From an uncultured Leptospirales bacterium (GTDB lineage: Bacteria > Spirochaetota > UBA4802 > UBA5368), in NCBI GenBank assembly GCA_964510075.1, contig CAZEAH010000001.1:1-27325 (forward strand): a stretch of 27,325 nucleotides of DNA, given 5' to 3'. The position numbers were made by a program, and so were the translations under genes. Under the pieces are notes generated by a model that made no database searches, was not told the DNA's origin, and worked only from the letters and a program-made list of their open reading frames with translations. Shown here in pieces: positions 14,874 through 23,016 of the stretch; position 1 is the stretch's first letter; the number at the start of each line of letters is the position of its first letter.

Positions 14874-16016
14874 ATGGGCACCGAAACCTTCATCGATCGA
14901 TTCATGCGCTCCCTCGATGCTCTGAGGGGAGTGCTCCCGATAGGCTGTATGGACGTCATCGTGCGGAGGGACGGCGCCTATGTTTCGAAGATGAAGAAGC
15001 TGTTCGATGAATCCTTCCCCGTGGTCTCGCTTTCGCGGCTTATCGAGACAGGGGCCCTCGGTTCGGTCAGGGGCTCTCCGGTGCTCGATCTTAAATTTAC
15101 GGGCGCGGGCGGGGACGTCTATTCGTCGCTTTTTCCGCTCACCGGCGAAGACGGCGCCGGATACATCATGATGCAGGGCTCCACGCCGCTCGGAGAGACA
15201 GGGAAGGCGCTGGGGCTCTTTCTTGCCGATCTGCTGGCGGATCAGGCGGACGGAACGGCGCGCGAAACCGATGATGCAGGCGATAAGTATCGCGAAGGCG
15301 TACTCGGCATGCGCGAGATTCAGGCCAAGCTCTTTCCCCGGTTCGAGGACGTGGAGGGTCTGGACATCGCCTCCGTGTACCTGCCCGTGGAACTGATGTC
15401 GGGTGATTTCATCGACGCCTTTTTCCTCGACAAGGACACCTACCAGATCACCGGCTGTGATGTGACCGGTTACGATGCGGCCTCGTCATACGCGGGAGCG
15501 GCCATGCGGACGCTTATCAAATCCCTCTCATCGAAAAAGATCGTTCCGTCGGCGCTGGTGGACCTGGCGGTTTCAAAGCTGGACAAAGTGCTCGACGAAT
15601 TGCACTCCCTTGTCTACATGACGATCTTCCAGATTGAACCGAAAACCGGGAAAACGAGGATTTCCTCACTCGGCCGACTGAATACGATTTTATACAAGGC
15701 CTCCAAAAAAGGCTTCATCGTACTCAATAAAACCTCAATCGGGAGCGATCTGTCCAAGCGGCATTCCTTTAAGGACATATCGTTCGTTCTGGAACCGGGC
15801 GATATACTGCTTTTCCATTCAAACGGCGTTGTGGACATCCCCACCGAAGACGGCAGGGCGGTCTTCGGGGAGGAGAGGATCGTCCAGTGTCTCAACGAAA
15901 ACCTTGCCGAATCGTCAATGGAAATCGTCCATGCGCTGGTGGAGTCGCTGTCGGCTTTCACCAATCACTCCGGTTTCGCGTTCGATGTTCTGTTCGTCGG
16001 CATAAAGAAAACTTGA
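14874..16016 (+). CDS. SpoIIE/RsbU-type PP2C phosphatase-domain protein, possibly inactive (380 aa)
   Basis: YLPVELMSGDFID, CDVTG, LEPGDILLFHSNG, FGEERI and terminal FDVLFVGI follow the RsbU motif order. The N-terminal region is unassigned. Confidence 0.8.
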   Translation: MGTETFIDRFMRSLDALRGVLPIGCMDVIVRRDGAYVSKMKKLFDESFPVVSLSRLIETGALGSVRGSPVLDLKFTGAGGDVYSSLFPLTGEDGAGYIMMQGSTPLGETGKALGLFLADLLADQADGTARETDDAGDKYREGVLGMREIQAKLFPRFEDVEGLDIASVYLPVELMSGDFIDAFFLDKDTYQITGCDVTGYDAASSYAGAAMRTLIKSLSSKKIVPSALVDLAVSKLDKVLDELHSLVYMTIFQIEPKTGKTRISSLGRLNTILYKASKKGFIVLNKTSIGSDLSKRHSFKDISFVLEPGDILLFHSNGVVDIPTEDGRAVFGEERIVQCLNENLAESSMEIVHALVESLSAFTNHSGFAFDVLFVGIKKT

Positions 16017-16027
16017 CGTAAGGGAAT

Positions 16028-16057
16028 CCAGCAGGGATGCTGCCGAGTCCCTGCTGG
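16028..16057. repeat. Perfect 10-bp inverted repeat between the PP2C-like gene and psd
   Basis: CCAGCAGGGA-N10-TCCCTGCTGG, with no U-tract on either side. Confidence 0.7.
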
Positions 16058-16083
16058 GCGCGCTAACAATCAAGGGGAAAAAC

Positions 16084-16926
16084 ATGAAGTCTCTGACGAT
16101 AGCTCTGTTCAGGATGCTGCCGACCGGTATCCTCTCGCGCTGTTTCGGATATGCGGCGCGGCTTCCGCTTCCGGCTTTTCTGCTCGACCGGATAATACGC
16201 TGGTACTCCGCCCGGTTCGGCGTTAAAACCGATGAGATCGACAGGCCCGCCGGCGGGTTCGGATCGCTCGACGCCTTTTTTACCAGGAGGCTGAAGCCGG
16301 GCGTGCACCTTGTGGACGGCGGTCGGAAATCCATCGTATCGCCGGTAGACGCCCGCGTCGACCAGTGCGGTGAGATTGACGGCGACACCGTGTTTCAGGC
16401 CAAGGGAATCGGGTACGCGCTCGCCGATCTCATCCCCTCCGATTATCACCGGAATTTTATCGACGGTTCTTTTATGACACTGTACCTCTCACCGGGCGAT
16501 TATCACCGCATACATTCCCCTGTTGCCGGCGAGGTGGCGGGATATTTCGCCCTGCCCGGCAGGCTGCTGACCGTTCAGGACTTCATGGTGCGCGGCGTCC
16601 CGGGCCTTTTCGCGAAAAACGAACGACTCATCAGCTACATAGAGGGCGCCGGCGGACCGGTCGCGGTCGTCAAGGTCGGGGCCATGAACGTCGGGCGTAT
16701 AACCGTTTGTTATGACGGTGTTGTGACAAATCGAGCGTTCAGGCGGAGGGTCGAACACTTCTATCCCCAAGGGGCGCGCCCGCGCGTCGAAAAGGGCGGC
16801 GAGCTGGGGGCGTTTCATATGGGCTCGACCGTCGTGCTGCTTTTCGCCAAAGGCGCGGTGAGACTCGAGACCTTCGAGCCCGGCGCCCGTGTCCGGGTCG
16901 GCCAGAGAATCGCCGATTTTCGATAG
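16084..16926 (+). CDS. psd: Phosphatidylserine decarboxylase proenzyme (280 aa)
   Basis: FFTRRLK, SPVDA, QAKG, YLSPGDYHRIHSP, and the self-cleavage motif GAFHMGSTV. Confidence 0.95.
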   Translation: MKSLTIALFRMLPTGILSRCFGYAARLPLPAFLLDRIIRWYSARFGVKTDEIDRPAGGFGSLDAFFTRRLKPGVHLVDGGRKSIVSPVDARVDQCGEIDGDTVFQAKGIGYALADLIPSDYHRNFIDGSFMTLYLSPGDYHRIHSPVAGEVAGYFALPGRLLTVQDFMVRGVPGLFAKNERLISYIEGAGGPVAVVKVGAMNVGRITVCYDGVVTNRAFRRRVEHFYPQGARPRVEKGGELGAFHMGSTVVLLFAKGAVRLETFEPGARVRVGQRIADFR

Positions 16927-16983
16927 ACTATTTTTTGCCGATTCCGCGTTTCGCACATATCTTACAGTGCAGGAGGCGGCGAC

Positions 16984-17718
16984 ATGGTTCCGATGCGAAC
17001 GGCATCCATCACGACCCACATCAACTCGCAGATTGCGATATGGCGAAAACAGCGGGAGAGGATAGACCTCGACGCGAAGAAGCGTGATTCGGTGCGGCCG
17101 CCCGGAGTGTTTGTGACGGTTTCGCGGGAGTACGGGTGCGGCGGCTTTGAAATCGCCGAAAGAACCGCGGACATCATAAACAGGGAGCACCGCCCGTCGC
17201 CGCAATGGGTGCCCTACGACCGGGCGATCCTCGAAACGATTATGGAGGACCTGGGGCTCACCTCGAGCCTCATGGAGACCCTCACCTCGCCGGCGAGAAA
17301 GCAGATTGACGATTTTCTCCAGACGGCGCTCGGCGAACTGCCCCCCCAGGTAGTGGTCTACCGACGGCTTGCGGAGACCGTCCGGACGCTTGCCACGAAC
17401 GGTAACGTCATCATCGTAGGAAGGGCGGGGAGGGCCATCACCCGCGGCCTGGATCGCGGGTACCACGTGCGGATTGTCGCGCCGCTCGAATGGCGGGTTG
17501 AGCGCATCGCCGGCCTGTGCGGCCTGACGCGCAGGGAGGCGGAAAAGATGATTCTCGAAAAGGGGAGTGCCCGCGAGGATTTTCTCCGCCGCTACGTGAA
17601 ATTCGAAAGCACCGAGCCCGAGGACTATCACCTGGTCATCAACAACGCGCGGCACGGCATGGACGGCACGGCCAGGATGATCGTCGCCGGACTTTCGACG
17701 ATGGGACTGCTGGACTGA
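16984..17718 (+). CDS. Cytidylate kinase-like family protein (244 aa)
   Basis: P-loop variant VTVSREYGCGG, then VIIVGRAG, HVRIVAP and YHLVIN. AGGAGG SD 7 nt before ATG. Confidence 0.85.
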   Translation: MVPMRTASITTHINSQIAIWRKQRERIDLDAKKRDSVRPPGVFVTVSREYGCGGFEIAERTADIINREHRPSPQWVPYDRAILETIMEDLGLTSSLMETLTSPARKQIDDFLQTALGELPPQVVVYRRLAETVRTLATNGNVIIVGRAGRAITRGLDRGYHVRIVAPLEWRVERIAGLCGLTRREAEKMILEKGSAREDFLRRYVKFESTEPEDYHLVINNARHGMDGTARMIVAGLSTMGLLD

Positions 17719-17725
17719 TCCCCGC

Positions 17726-18220
17726 ATGGAGTACACCGGAACGCTTCAATCGTACGAGCTGGAAAGCGGCGTGCTTTCTTTCGATGCGGCGAAGGGAATC
17801 CTGGTGTGCCGCGAGCCGGGCGAAGGGCGGCGAAAACGATGGGTCAAGAAGCTGGATGGCGTCGCCTGCATAGGGAACATCACCGAGGACGGCGAGCGCT
17901 TCTATGTGGCCTGCGAAATCGGGGAGGCGAGCGGTCAGTTCCTGGCCGTCGAAAAGAATACCGGGGAGACCGAGTGGTTCATCCCGGGACGGTCCTTCCT
18001 TCAGCTGGTATACGGTGAGGGACTGTATCTTATCTTCGTCGATGGATCGATGAGGCATTATCTTCTCCGCGTCGATACGGCCGACGGTTCCACGCTGTGG
18101 CACCACGGTGTGGACGAGGACCTTGTGGAATACAGCTTCAGAGGGCGGACAATCACCCTGCGCTACGCCTCCGGAAAATCGGAAGTCCTCGATACCGAAT
18201 GCGGCCTCCGGGCGCGTTGA
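17726..18220 (+). CDS. Hypothetical all-beta protein with PQQ-like propeller repeats (164 aa)
   Basis: Blade-like motifs LAVEKNTGETEW and LRVDTADGSTLW. Starts 7 nt after the upstream stop. Confidence 0.65.
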   Translation: MEYTGTLQSYELESGVLSFDAAKGILVCREPGEGRRKRWVKKLDGVACIGNITEDGERFYVACEIGEASGQFLAVEKNTGETEWFIPGRSFLQLVYGEGLYLIFVDGSMRHYLLRVDTADGSTLWHHGVDEDLVEYSFRGRTITLRYASGKSEVLDTECGLRAR

Positions 18221-18239
18221 AACAACGGTACTTTTCTCT

Positions 18240-18266
18240 CAAACATCAGGCGCCTTCTGTCGATAA
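18240..18266 (+). promoter_or_regulatory. Candidate sigma28 (FliA-type) promoter
   Basis: CAAA-N15-GTCGATAA versus consensus TAAA-N15-GCCGATAA. Confidence 0.35.
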
Positions 18267-18374
18267 TTTCATTAGAAGGGGCGTAGTGTCGGCGGCTTTT
18301 GGCCCGGCGGCGCGGCCGTGACGCGCGCTCCGCAATCGGCGGAATTACCACAGGATGACGAGCGAGGATATGCT

Positions 18375-19214
18375 ATGAGAACGGCGGTACCTAGGGAAGC
18401 GGTCGACATCTACAACCACGCGCTGGCTCTTTCCAGCAAGGGCGATTACGGGACCGCGCTGCGCGAGTATTCAAAAGCCATCGAGCTCTATCCGCGCTTT
18501 ATCGAGGCGTACAACAACATCGGCGAAATATATTCGCGCATCGGCGACAGGGAGCACGCGATTTCAACCTACATGCGCGCGCTTTCGATCGAGCGGAACC
18601 ATAAAATCCTCCTGAACGTGGGGGTCGAGTATTACAACAGGCATGACTACCAGTCGGCGCTCAAATATTTCAAGGAATCGCTTTCCAGGGAGCCCGGTTT
18701 CCTGGAGGGGAATTTCTACCTCGGCATGACGCTTTTCAACCTGAAGGACCTTCGTTCCGCGGAGGGCGCCTTCGCAAGGGTCATTTCCATCGACTGGCGC
18801 CATCTCAAGGCGAATTATATGCTGTCGTATATCTACTACGAATGGAAGGAATACGCAAGGACCATCGAGTGCCTCGACCGCATCCGCGACATCGCCGACG
18901 ACAAAAAGTTCGTAAACAAGTATTACGGTTTCTGCCACTATCACCTGGGCAATTTCGACGAGGCGATCCGCTATCTCACGGTCGCGCTCGAGTCGAGCCC
19001 GCGGTACGCCAAGTTCCGCAATTACCTGCGCGAGCTTACCTATGAAAACAAGTTGAAGGAGATCGGCGATCTCGACGCGCGCGTCCGCGAGATGGAGACG
19101 AAACTGATGAATTCGAAGCCCACCATCCGCGAGCTTTCCCACCTGAGCATGCTCTACATTTTCAAGGGAGAGTATAAAAAGGCCGAAGACCTTCTCCTTG
19201 CCGCCCGTCGGTAG
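18375..19214 (+). CDS. Soluble tetratricopeptide repeat protein (279 aa)
   Basis: Several canonical TPRs (AYNNIGEIYSRIGDREHAISTYMRAL, NFYLGMTLFNLKD). GAGGA SD before ATG 18375. Confidence 0.85.
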   Translation: MRTAVPREAVDIYNHALALSSKGDYGTALREYSKAIELYPRFIEAYNNIGEIYSRIGDREHAISTYMRALSIERNHKILLNVGVEYYNRHDYQSALKYFKESLSREPGFLEGNFYLGMTLFNLKDLRSAEGAFARVISIDWRHLKANYMLSYIYYEWKEYARTIECLDRIRDIADDKKFVNKYYGFCHYHLGNFDEAIRYLTVALESSPRYAKFRNYLRELTYENKLKEIGDLDARVREMETKLMNSKPTIRELSHLSMLYIFKGEYKKAEDLLLAARR

Positions 19215-19222
19215 CCGAAGGA

Positions 19223-19924
19223 TTACCGGCCCCCGCAGCCTCCGGTCGTGCCGGTATGTCCGTCGAAGGGGGCGCGCCTGGCAGGGCAGTCGGCGCGGGG
19301 GCACCTGCCGCAGTTGATGAATCCCTGGTCCGACGCGAACAGTATCCCCGAAAGCGATTTTAACGGTTTCATCAAAAGGCTGTCCGTAAGCGCCACGCCT
19401 ATCCGGGCGGCGGATTCCCCTAAGATCGCGAAAAGCTTCCGTTGCTCCTCCATCGGCCAGGCCTCGAGCGAGCCGGGATTTATCATCGAGAGGGGGCCGG
19501 TGTCGTGCAGTTCGGCTATGTGTTTTTTAAGCGATTCGACCGCCGAGCCGAGCGCGATGGTCGCTATTACGTCGGCCCTGAATCGGTCGAGCATATCGCT
19601 GTACGAATGCACCCATTCCTCCATGCGGGCTCCGCAGGTGGCGATAAAGGGGAAAACCGTATGCAGACCGGCGAGTTTTTCGGCGGGCAGAGATCCTTCC
19701 AGCGGAATTCCATCGAGGTCGACTCCGTCGGCACGTACGCGGGTAAGGCGTGAGGCGCGGTACACGGCGGAGGGACTGCCCGCGGCCTCGGCCTGCCGGG
19801 CCATCTCCTCCACGCGTCCGGCCTCGCGGCCGTCGGATGGGAGCCTGAGAGCGGTTCCGAGGATACCCCGGTCGATGGAAAAGGGAATTCCCTCGAGCAC
19901 GGTTTCCATCCCGCCGGGTCTCAT
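19223..19924 (-). CDS. Stand-alone vitamin B12 methionine synthase activation-domain-like protein (233 aa; ATG 19909 is an alternative start)
   Basis: FIATCG, INPGSLEAWPMEEQRKLF, IGVALTDSLLMKPLKSLSGI, C-terminal CxxCxxxxC. Confidence 0.8.
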   Translation of the reverse strand: MRPGGMETVLEGIPFSIDRGILGTALRLPSDGREAGRVEEMARQAEAAGSPSAVYRASRLTRVRADGVDLDGIPLEGSLPAEKLAGLHTVFPFIATCGARMEEWVHSYSDMLDRFRADVIATIALGSAVESLKKHIAELHDTGPLSMINPGSLEAWPMEEQRKLFAILGESAARIGVALTDSLLMKPLKSLSGILFASDQGFINCGRCPRADCPARRAPFDGHTGTTGGCGGR

Positions 19925-19937
19925 CCGCGAATGCGGC

Positions 19938-20429
19938 TTAACACGAACAGCCGGATCCGCACGAATCGCATCCGCCGGCCCCGCACGAGTCGCCGTACTT
20001 GGCGGTATCGTTGATCTCGAGAAGCTTGATGTGGAAATGCAGCGTCTTTCCCGAAAGAGGATGGTTAAGATCGATCGTCACTATTTCGTCGGTAATTTCC
20101 GTGATCGTCGCGGGAACACGCGCCCCGTTGTCGAGCTGAACGCCGATCGTCATACCGATCTCGGGATCGAACTGCGATCGAACGTCAGCAATCGGAAACA
20201 GGTGCAATAGCGAATCGTCGTAGTCCCCGTAGGCTTCGGCCGGGGGAAGCACGATATCTATCTCGTCGTCGATTTTCATGCCGGCCACGGCGCTGTCGAA
20301 ACCGGGAATGACCATCCCCGCGCCCAGCTGAAACTCGAGGGGCTCCCTGTCGGTCGAGGTGTCGAACACCTCTCCGTCTTCGAGAGAGCCGGTATAATGA
20401 ACGACCACGTATTTTCCGTTTTCAATCAT
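19938..20429 (-). CDS. slyD: FKBP-type peptidyl-prolyl isomerase, SlyD/SlpA family (163 aa)
   Basis: VVVHYTGSLEDGEVFDTS, PLEFQLGAGMVIPGF, AYG, DLNHPLSGKTLHF, Cys-rich tail. AGGAG SD. Confidence 0.88.
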   Translation of the reverse strand: MIENGKYVVVHYTGSLEDGEVFDTSTDREPLEFQLGAGMVIPGFDSAVAGMKIDDEIDIVLPPAEAYGDYDDSLLHLFPIADVRSQFDPEIGMTIGVQLDNGARVPATITEITDEIVTIDLNHPLSGKTLHFHIKLLEINDTAKYGDSCGAGGCDSCGSGCSC

Positions 20430-20466
20430 GAGAATTCTCCTGTAGTTTTAAGTGCGCGTCCCGGGT

Positions 20467-20940
20467 TCACCAGTCCGTCATATCGAATTTCCAGTATGGT
20501 CCCTCCTTTACGAAGGAAAGCTCCATGCCGTTCTGTGCGGTCAGAACCGCTCCGGCGTCGCGTATTTCGCATTTACGTATGCCGCTGTCCAGCGCCTTCC
20601 CCAGCGCGTCGTCGTTCAGCGCTCGCGCGATGCGCATCTGCAGGCCGAGATAGGCCGCGGGCGAAAGGTGCGAGAGCTGTTCCGCCTGCACGTTCAGGCG
20701 TTCGGCGAGTTTTTCCCGCTGCCGCTCTCCCATTCCAGCGATGAGGGCGGTCATCGCGGTGATACGCCGGAGGCTCTCCGCCGAAAGGACCGAAAGCATG
20801 AGTTCCGGGTTTCCCCGGTGATACGCCTTCTGGATTACGCCGAACGCCTCCTCGGGCGTGAGAGGGCCGCGCGAGGAGCACGATAGTGCGAATATAAAAG
20901 CGGCAAGCGCCGCCGGGAGCGCTCTGCTCAGTATACGCAT
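20467..20940 (-). CDS. Putative lipoprotein, possibly NTF2-like fold (157 aa)
   Basis: Signal peptide with lipobox FALS-C21, terminal FVKEGPYWKF hairpin. Overlaps the panC stop by 13 nt. Confidence 0.7.
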   Translation of the reverse strand: MRILSRALPAALAAFIFALSCSSRGPLTPEEAFGVIQKAYHRGNPELMLSVLSAESLRRITAMTALIAGMGERQREKLAERLNVQAEQLSHLSPAAYLGLQMRIARALNDDALGKALDSGIRKCEIRDAGAVLTAQNGMELSFVKEGPYWKFDMTDW

Positions 20941-21797
20941 GAAAATTTTCCGTCCCTTTCATCTATTATCATGTTATCGATCAGTCGCGTAGAACCGAAA
21001 AAGGCCGCCACGGCAAGGACGTTCTTGCCGGAGAGGGTGTCGGCGGGCTGAAGGTCACTGTAGCGCACCAGACTCGCGTAATCAATTTTATCGGGCTCTC
21101 CGGCGGCGAGCGCTTTTTCCACCTCGTGCAGTATCGTCCCGGCCGAACGCTCGCCGGAAGCGATTATTTCCTCGGCTCTCCTCAATGATTTGTGGATGCA
21201 GAGCGCGCGGCGTCGCTCGGTCGCATCGAGGTGCTTGTTGCGCGAGCTCATGGCAAGGCCGTCGTCTTCGCGTACCGTGGGGGATATGACTATTTTCAGC
21301 GGAAAATTGAGGTCGGCCACCATCTTTTCCAGGCTTACCGCCTGCTGAATGTCCTTCTGGCCGAACACGGCCACGTCGGGGAGCACGATGTTGAAGAGCT
21401 TGCTGACGACGGTGAATACCCCGCGGAAATGGCCGGGCCGATGAGCGCCGCAGAGGTGTTCCGTGAGGAGTTCGACGTCCACAAAGGTGCGGCGGTCGCT
21501 GTACATCTCGTCGTCGCCCGGTACGAAGACCAGGTCGACTCCGGCATCGCGGGCGATCGCGAGGTCGCGCTCGAGGTCGCGGGGATAGTTCGAGTAGTCT
21601 TTGGGATCGTCGAACTGTATCCTGTTTACGAAGATGCTCATCACCTGAAAGTCGGACAGTTTACGCGACGCCTCGACAAGGCTGGTATGCCCCCGGTGCA
21701 GATAGCCCATAGTGGGAACGAAACCGATTGTCGCGCCCTCCGCGCGCGCCGAACGCACGATCGAACGGACGTCCTCAATGGTGTGCACTGTGTTCAT
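20928..21797 (-). CDS. panC: Pantoate--beta-alanine ligase (289 aa)
   Basis: GFVPTMGYLHRGH, SIFVNRIQF, RPGHFRGV, FGQKDIQQ, REDDGLAMSSRN, TRLIDN. Confidence 0.97.
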   Translation of the reverse strand: MNTVHTIEDVRSIVRSARAEGATIGFVPTMGYLHRGHTSLVEASRKLSDFQVMSIFVNRIQFDDPKDYSNYPRDLERDLAIARDAGVDLVFVPGDDEMYSDRRTFVDVELLTEHLCGAHRPGHFRGVFTVVSKLFNIVLPDVAVFGQKDIQQAVSLEKMVADLNFPLKIVISPTVREDDGLAMSSRNKHLDATERRRALCIHKSLRRAEEIIASGERSAGTILHEVEKALAAGEPDKIDYASLVRYSDLQPADTLSGKNVLAVAAFFGSTRLIDNMIIDERDGKFSCVY

Positions 21798-21911
21798 CGC
21801 GGTCTCCTGGCCCGGTCCGCCCGTGCGGTTTCCCGGTACTCCGGCGGGAAAGCATGCGGTGCGCTGGATGAACGAAGCCCCGTGCCGGAGCGATCGTCAT
21901 CCCCTGCGTAG

Positions 21912-21941
21912 AGGATAGTTCAGCGCGGCCGTTTCTGTCAA
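21912..21941 (-). promoter_or_regulatory. Candidate sigma70 promoter for panC
   Basis: Minus strand TTGACA-N18-TATCCT, implying a leader of about 105 nt. Confidence 0.6.
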
Positions 21942-21964
21942 TCTTTTTGATTGCGGCCCGACCT

Positions 21965-22810
21965 TCATGTCCCGCGGGCCGCGATCACCATCATGTCCCC
22001 CAGTCCGAAACGCTTGGCGGCCCGGTCGGCGAGACTCCGCGATACGGTGCCGGGCGCGCCGAAACCGCTGCCGTAGGTGAAGCATGTCTCGATCCTGAAG
22101 CCCTTCATCTCGAGCAGCCGTTTCATCTGGGCGGTCGAAAAGAAGTACAGGTGCTCCGGGAAATTGTAGTACCGCCATCGCGCCCCACGCAATCGCATAA
22201 AGGCCCCCCCCGCGCGGCAGGTCGAAAGATAGAGCCTGCCTCCCTCCGCGAGATCGCCGCGGATCTTTTCGAGAAAAAGGTCGGGGCGGTGAAGGTGCTC
22301 GATGGTGGCCCACAGCGTTATAAGGTTAAACCTCTCTTCGTAGCGCTGCTCCAGGTAACCGCCCCGCGTCACATCGAGCCCGAGCCGGTCGCGCGCGAAA
22401 GCGACACAGCTCTCGGAGACGTCGATTCCGCGGGCGCTCCATCCGCGGGCGGCGAGCATGTTGACGAAATATCCCGCGGCGCAGCCGATATCGAGCGATG
22501 TCCGCCGCCCGGAGAGAGAACGCTCGAAATCCGCAAAGCCGAGGTCTTCGAGGTTGAGAAGAAAAAGGCGCTCGATCTGGGCCCTGGTTCCGGGCGCAAA
22601 GTAGTTGTCGTAGCCGCGGTCCGTGCGCCGGGTGAAATAGGTCGACTGATAATACCGGCCGATTTCATCCTCTGCGGGGCGGGGGGAGAGGTAGCGGAGA
22701 CCGCATGAGGCGCAGCGCGCCAGCGTGAATGTTTCTCCGTTCTCCGAGCTTTTCGTGAAAACATTCCGGCGTCTGTCCGTGCCGCAGAGTATGCAGTGGG
22801 GTTCTTCCAT
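21965..22810 (-). CDS. Class I SAM-dependent methyltransferase with N-terminal zinc ribbon (281 aa)
   Basis: CILCG...CASCG zinc knuckles, LDIGCAAG motif I, GIDVS, LWATIEHL. Confidence 0.9.
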   Translation of the reverse strand: MEEPHCILCGTDRRRNVFTKSSENGETFTLARCASCGLRYLSPRPAEDEIGRYYQSTYFTRRTDRGYDNYFAPGTRAQIERLFLLNLEDLGFADFERSLSGRRTSLDIGCAAGYFVNMLAARGWSARGIDVSESCVAFARDRLGLDVTRGGYLEQRYEERFNLITLWATIEHLHRPDLFLEKIRGDLAEGGRLYLSTCRAGGAFMRLRGARWRYYNFPEHLYFFSTAQMKRLLEMKGFRIETCFTYGSGFGAPGTVSRSLADRAAKRFGLGDMMVIAARGT

Positions 22811-22818
22811 CGGACTGG

Positions 22819-22847
22819 GGAATAGCCCGGTCAGCCGCTTGCGTCAA
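22819..22847 (-). promoter_or_regulatory. Candidate sigma70 promoter immediately upstream of the methyltransferase start
   Basis: Minus strand TTGACG-N17-TATTCC, 8 nt before the ATG. Confidence 0.4.
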
Positions 22848-23016
22848 GATATTTTCTCTTCCGGATGGAGTGCTGCCCGGCCTGGGCGGAAATAATCTTG
22901 CCATTTTCGGCGCCGGGTGGTTTGTATCGTTTTGTTGTACCATAGGTCGAACTGCATACGGCACGATCAGACAGACTCCCGACCAACGCGTGCCGGCAAA
23001 CAGGCGGAAAACGGAC

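Noticed and set aside
16489-17736. 415-aa minus-strand ORF
   Set aside because: Antisense shadow of psd and the cytidylate-kinase-like gene.
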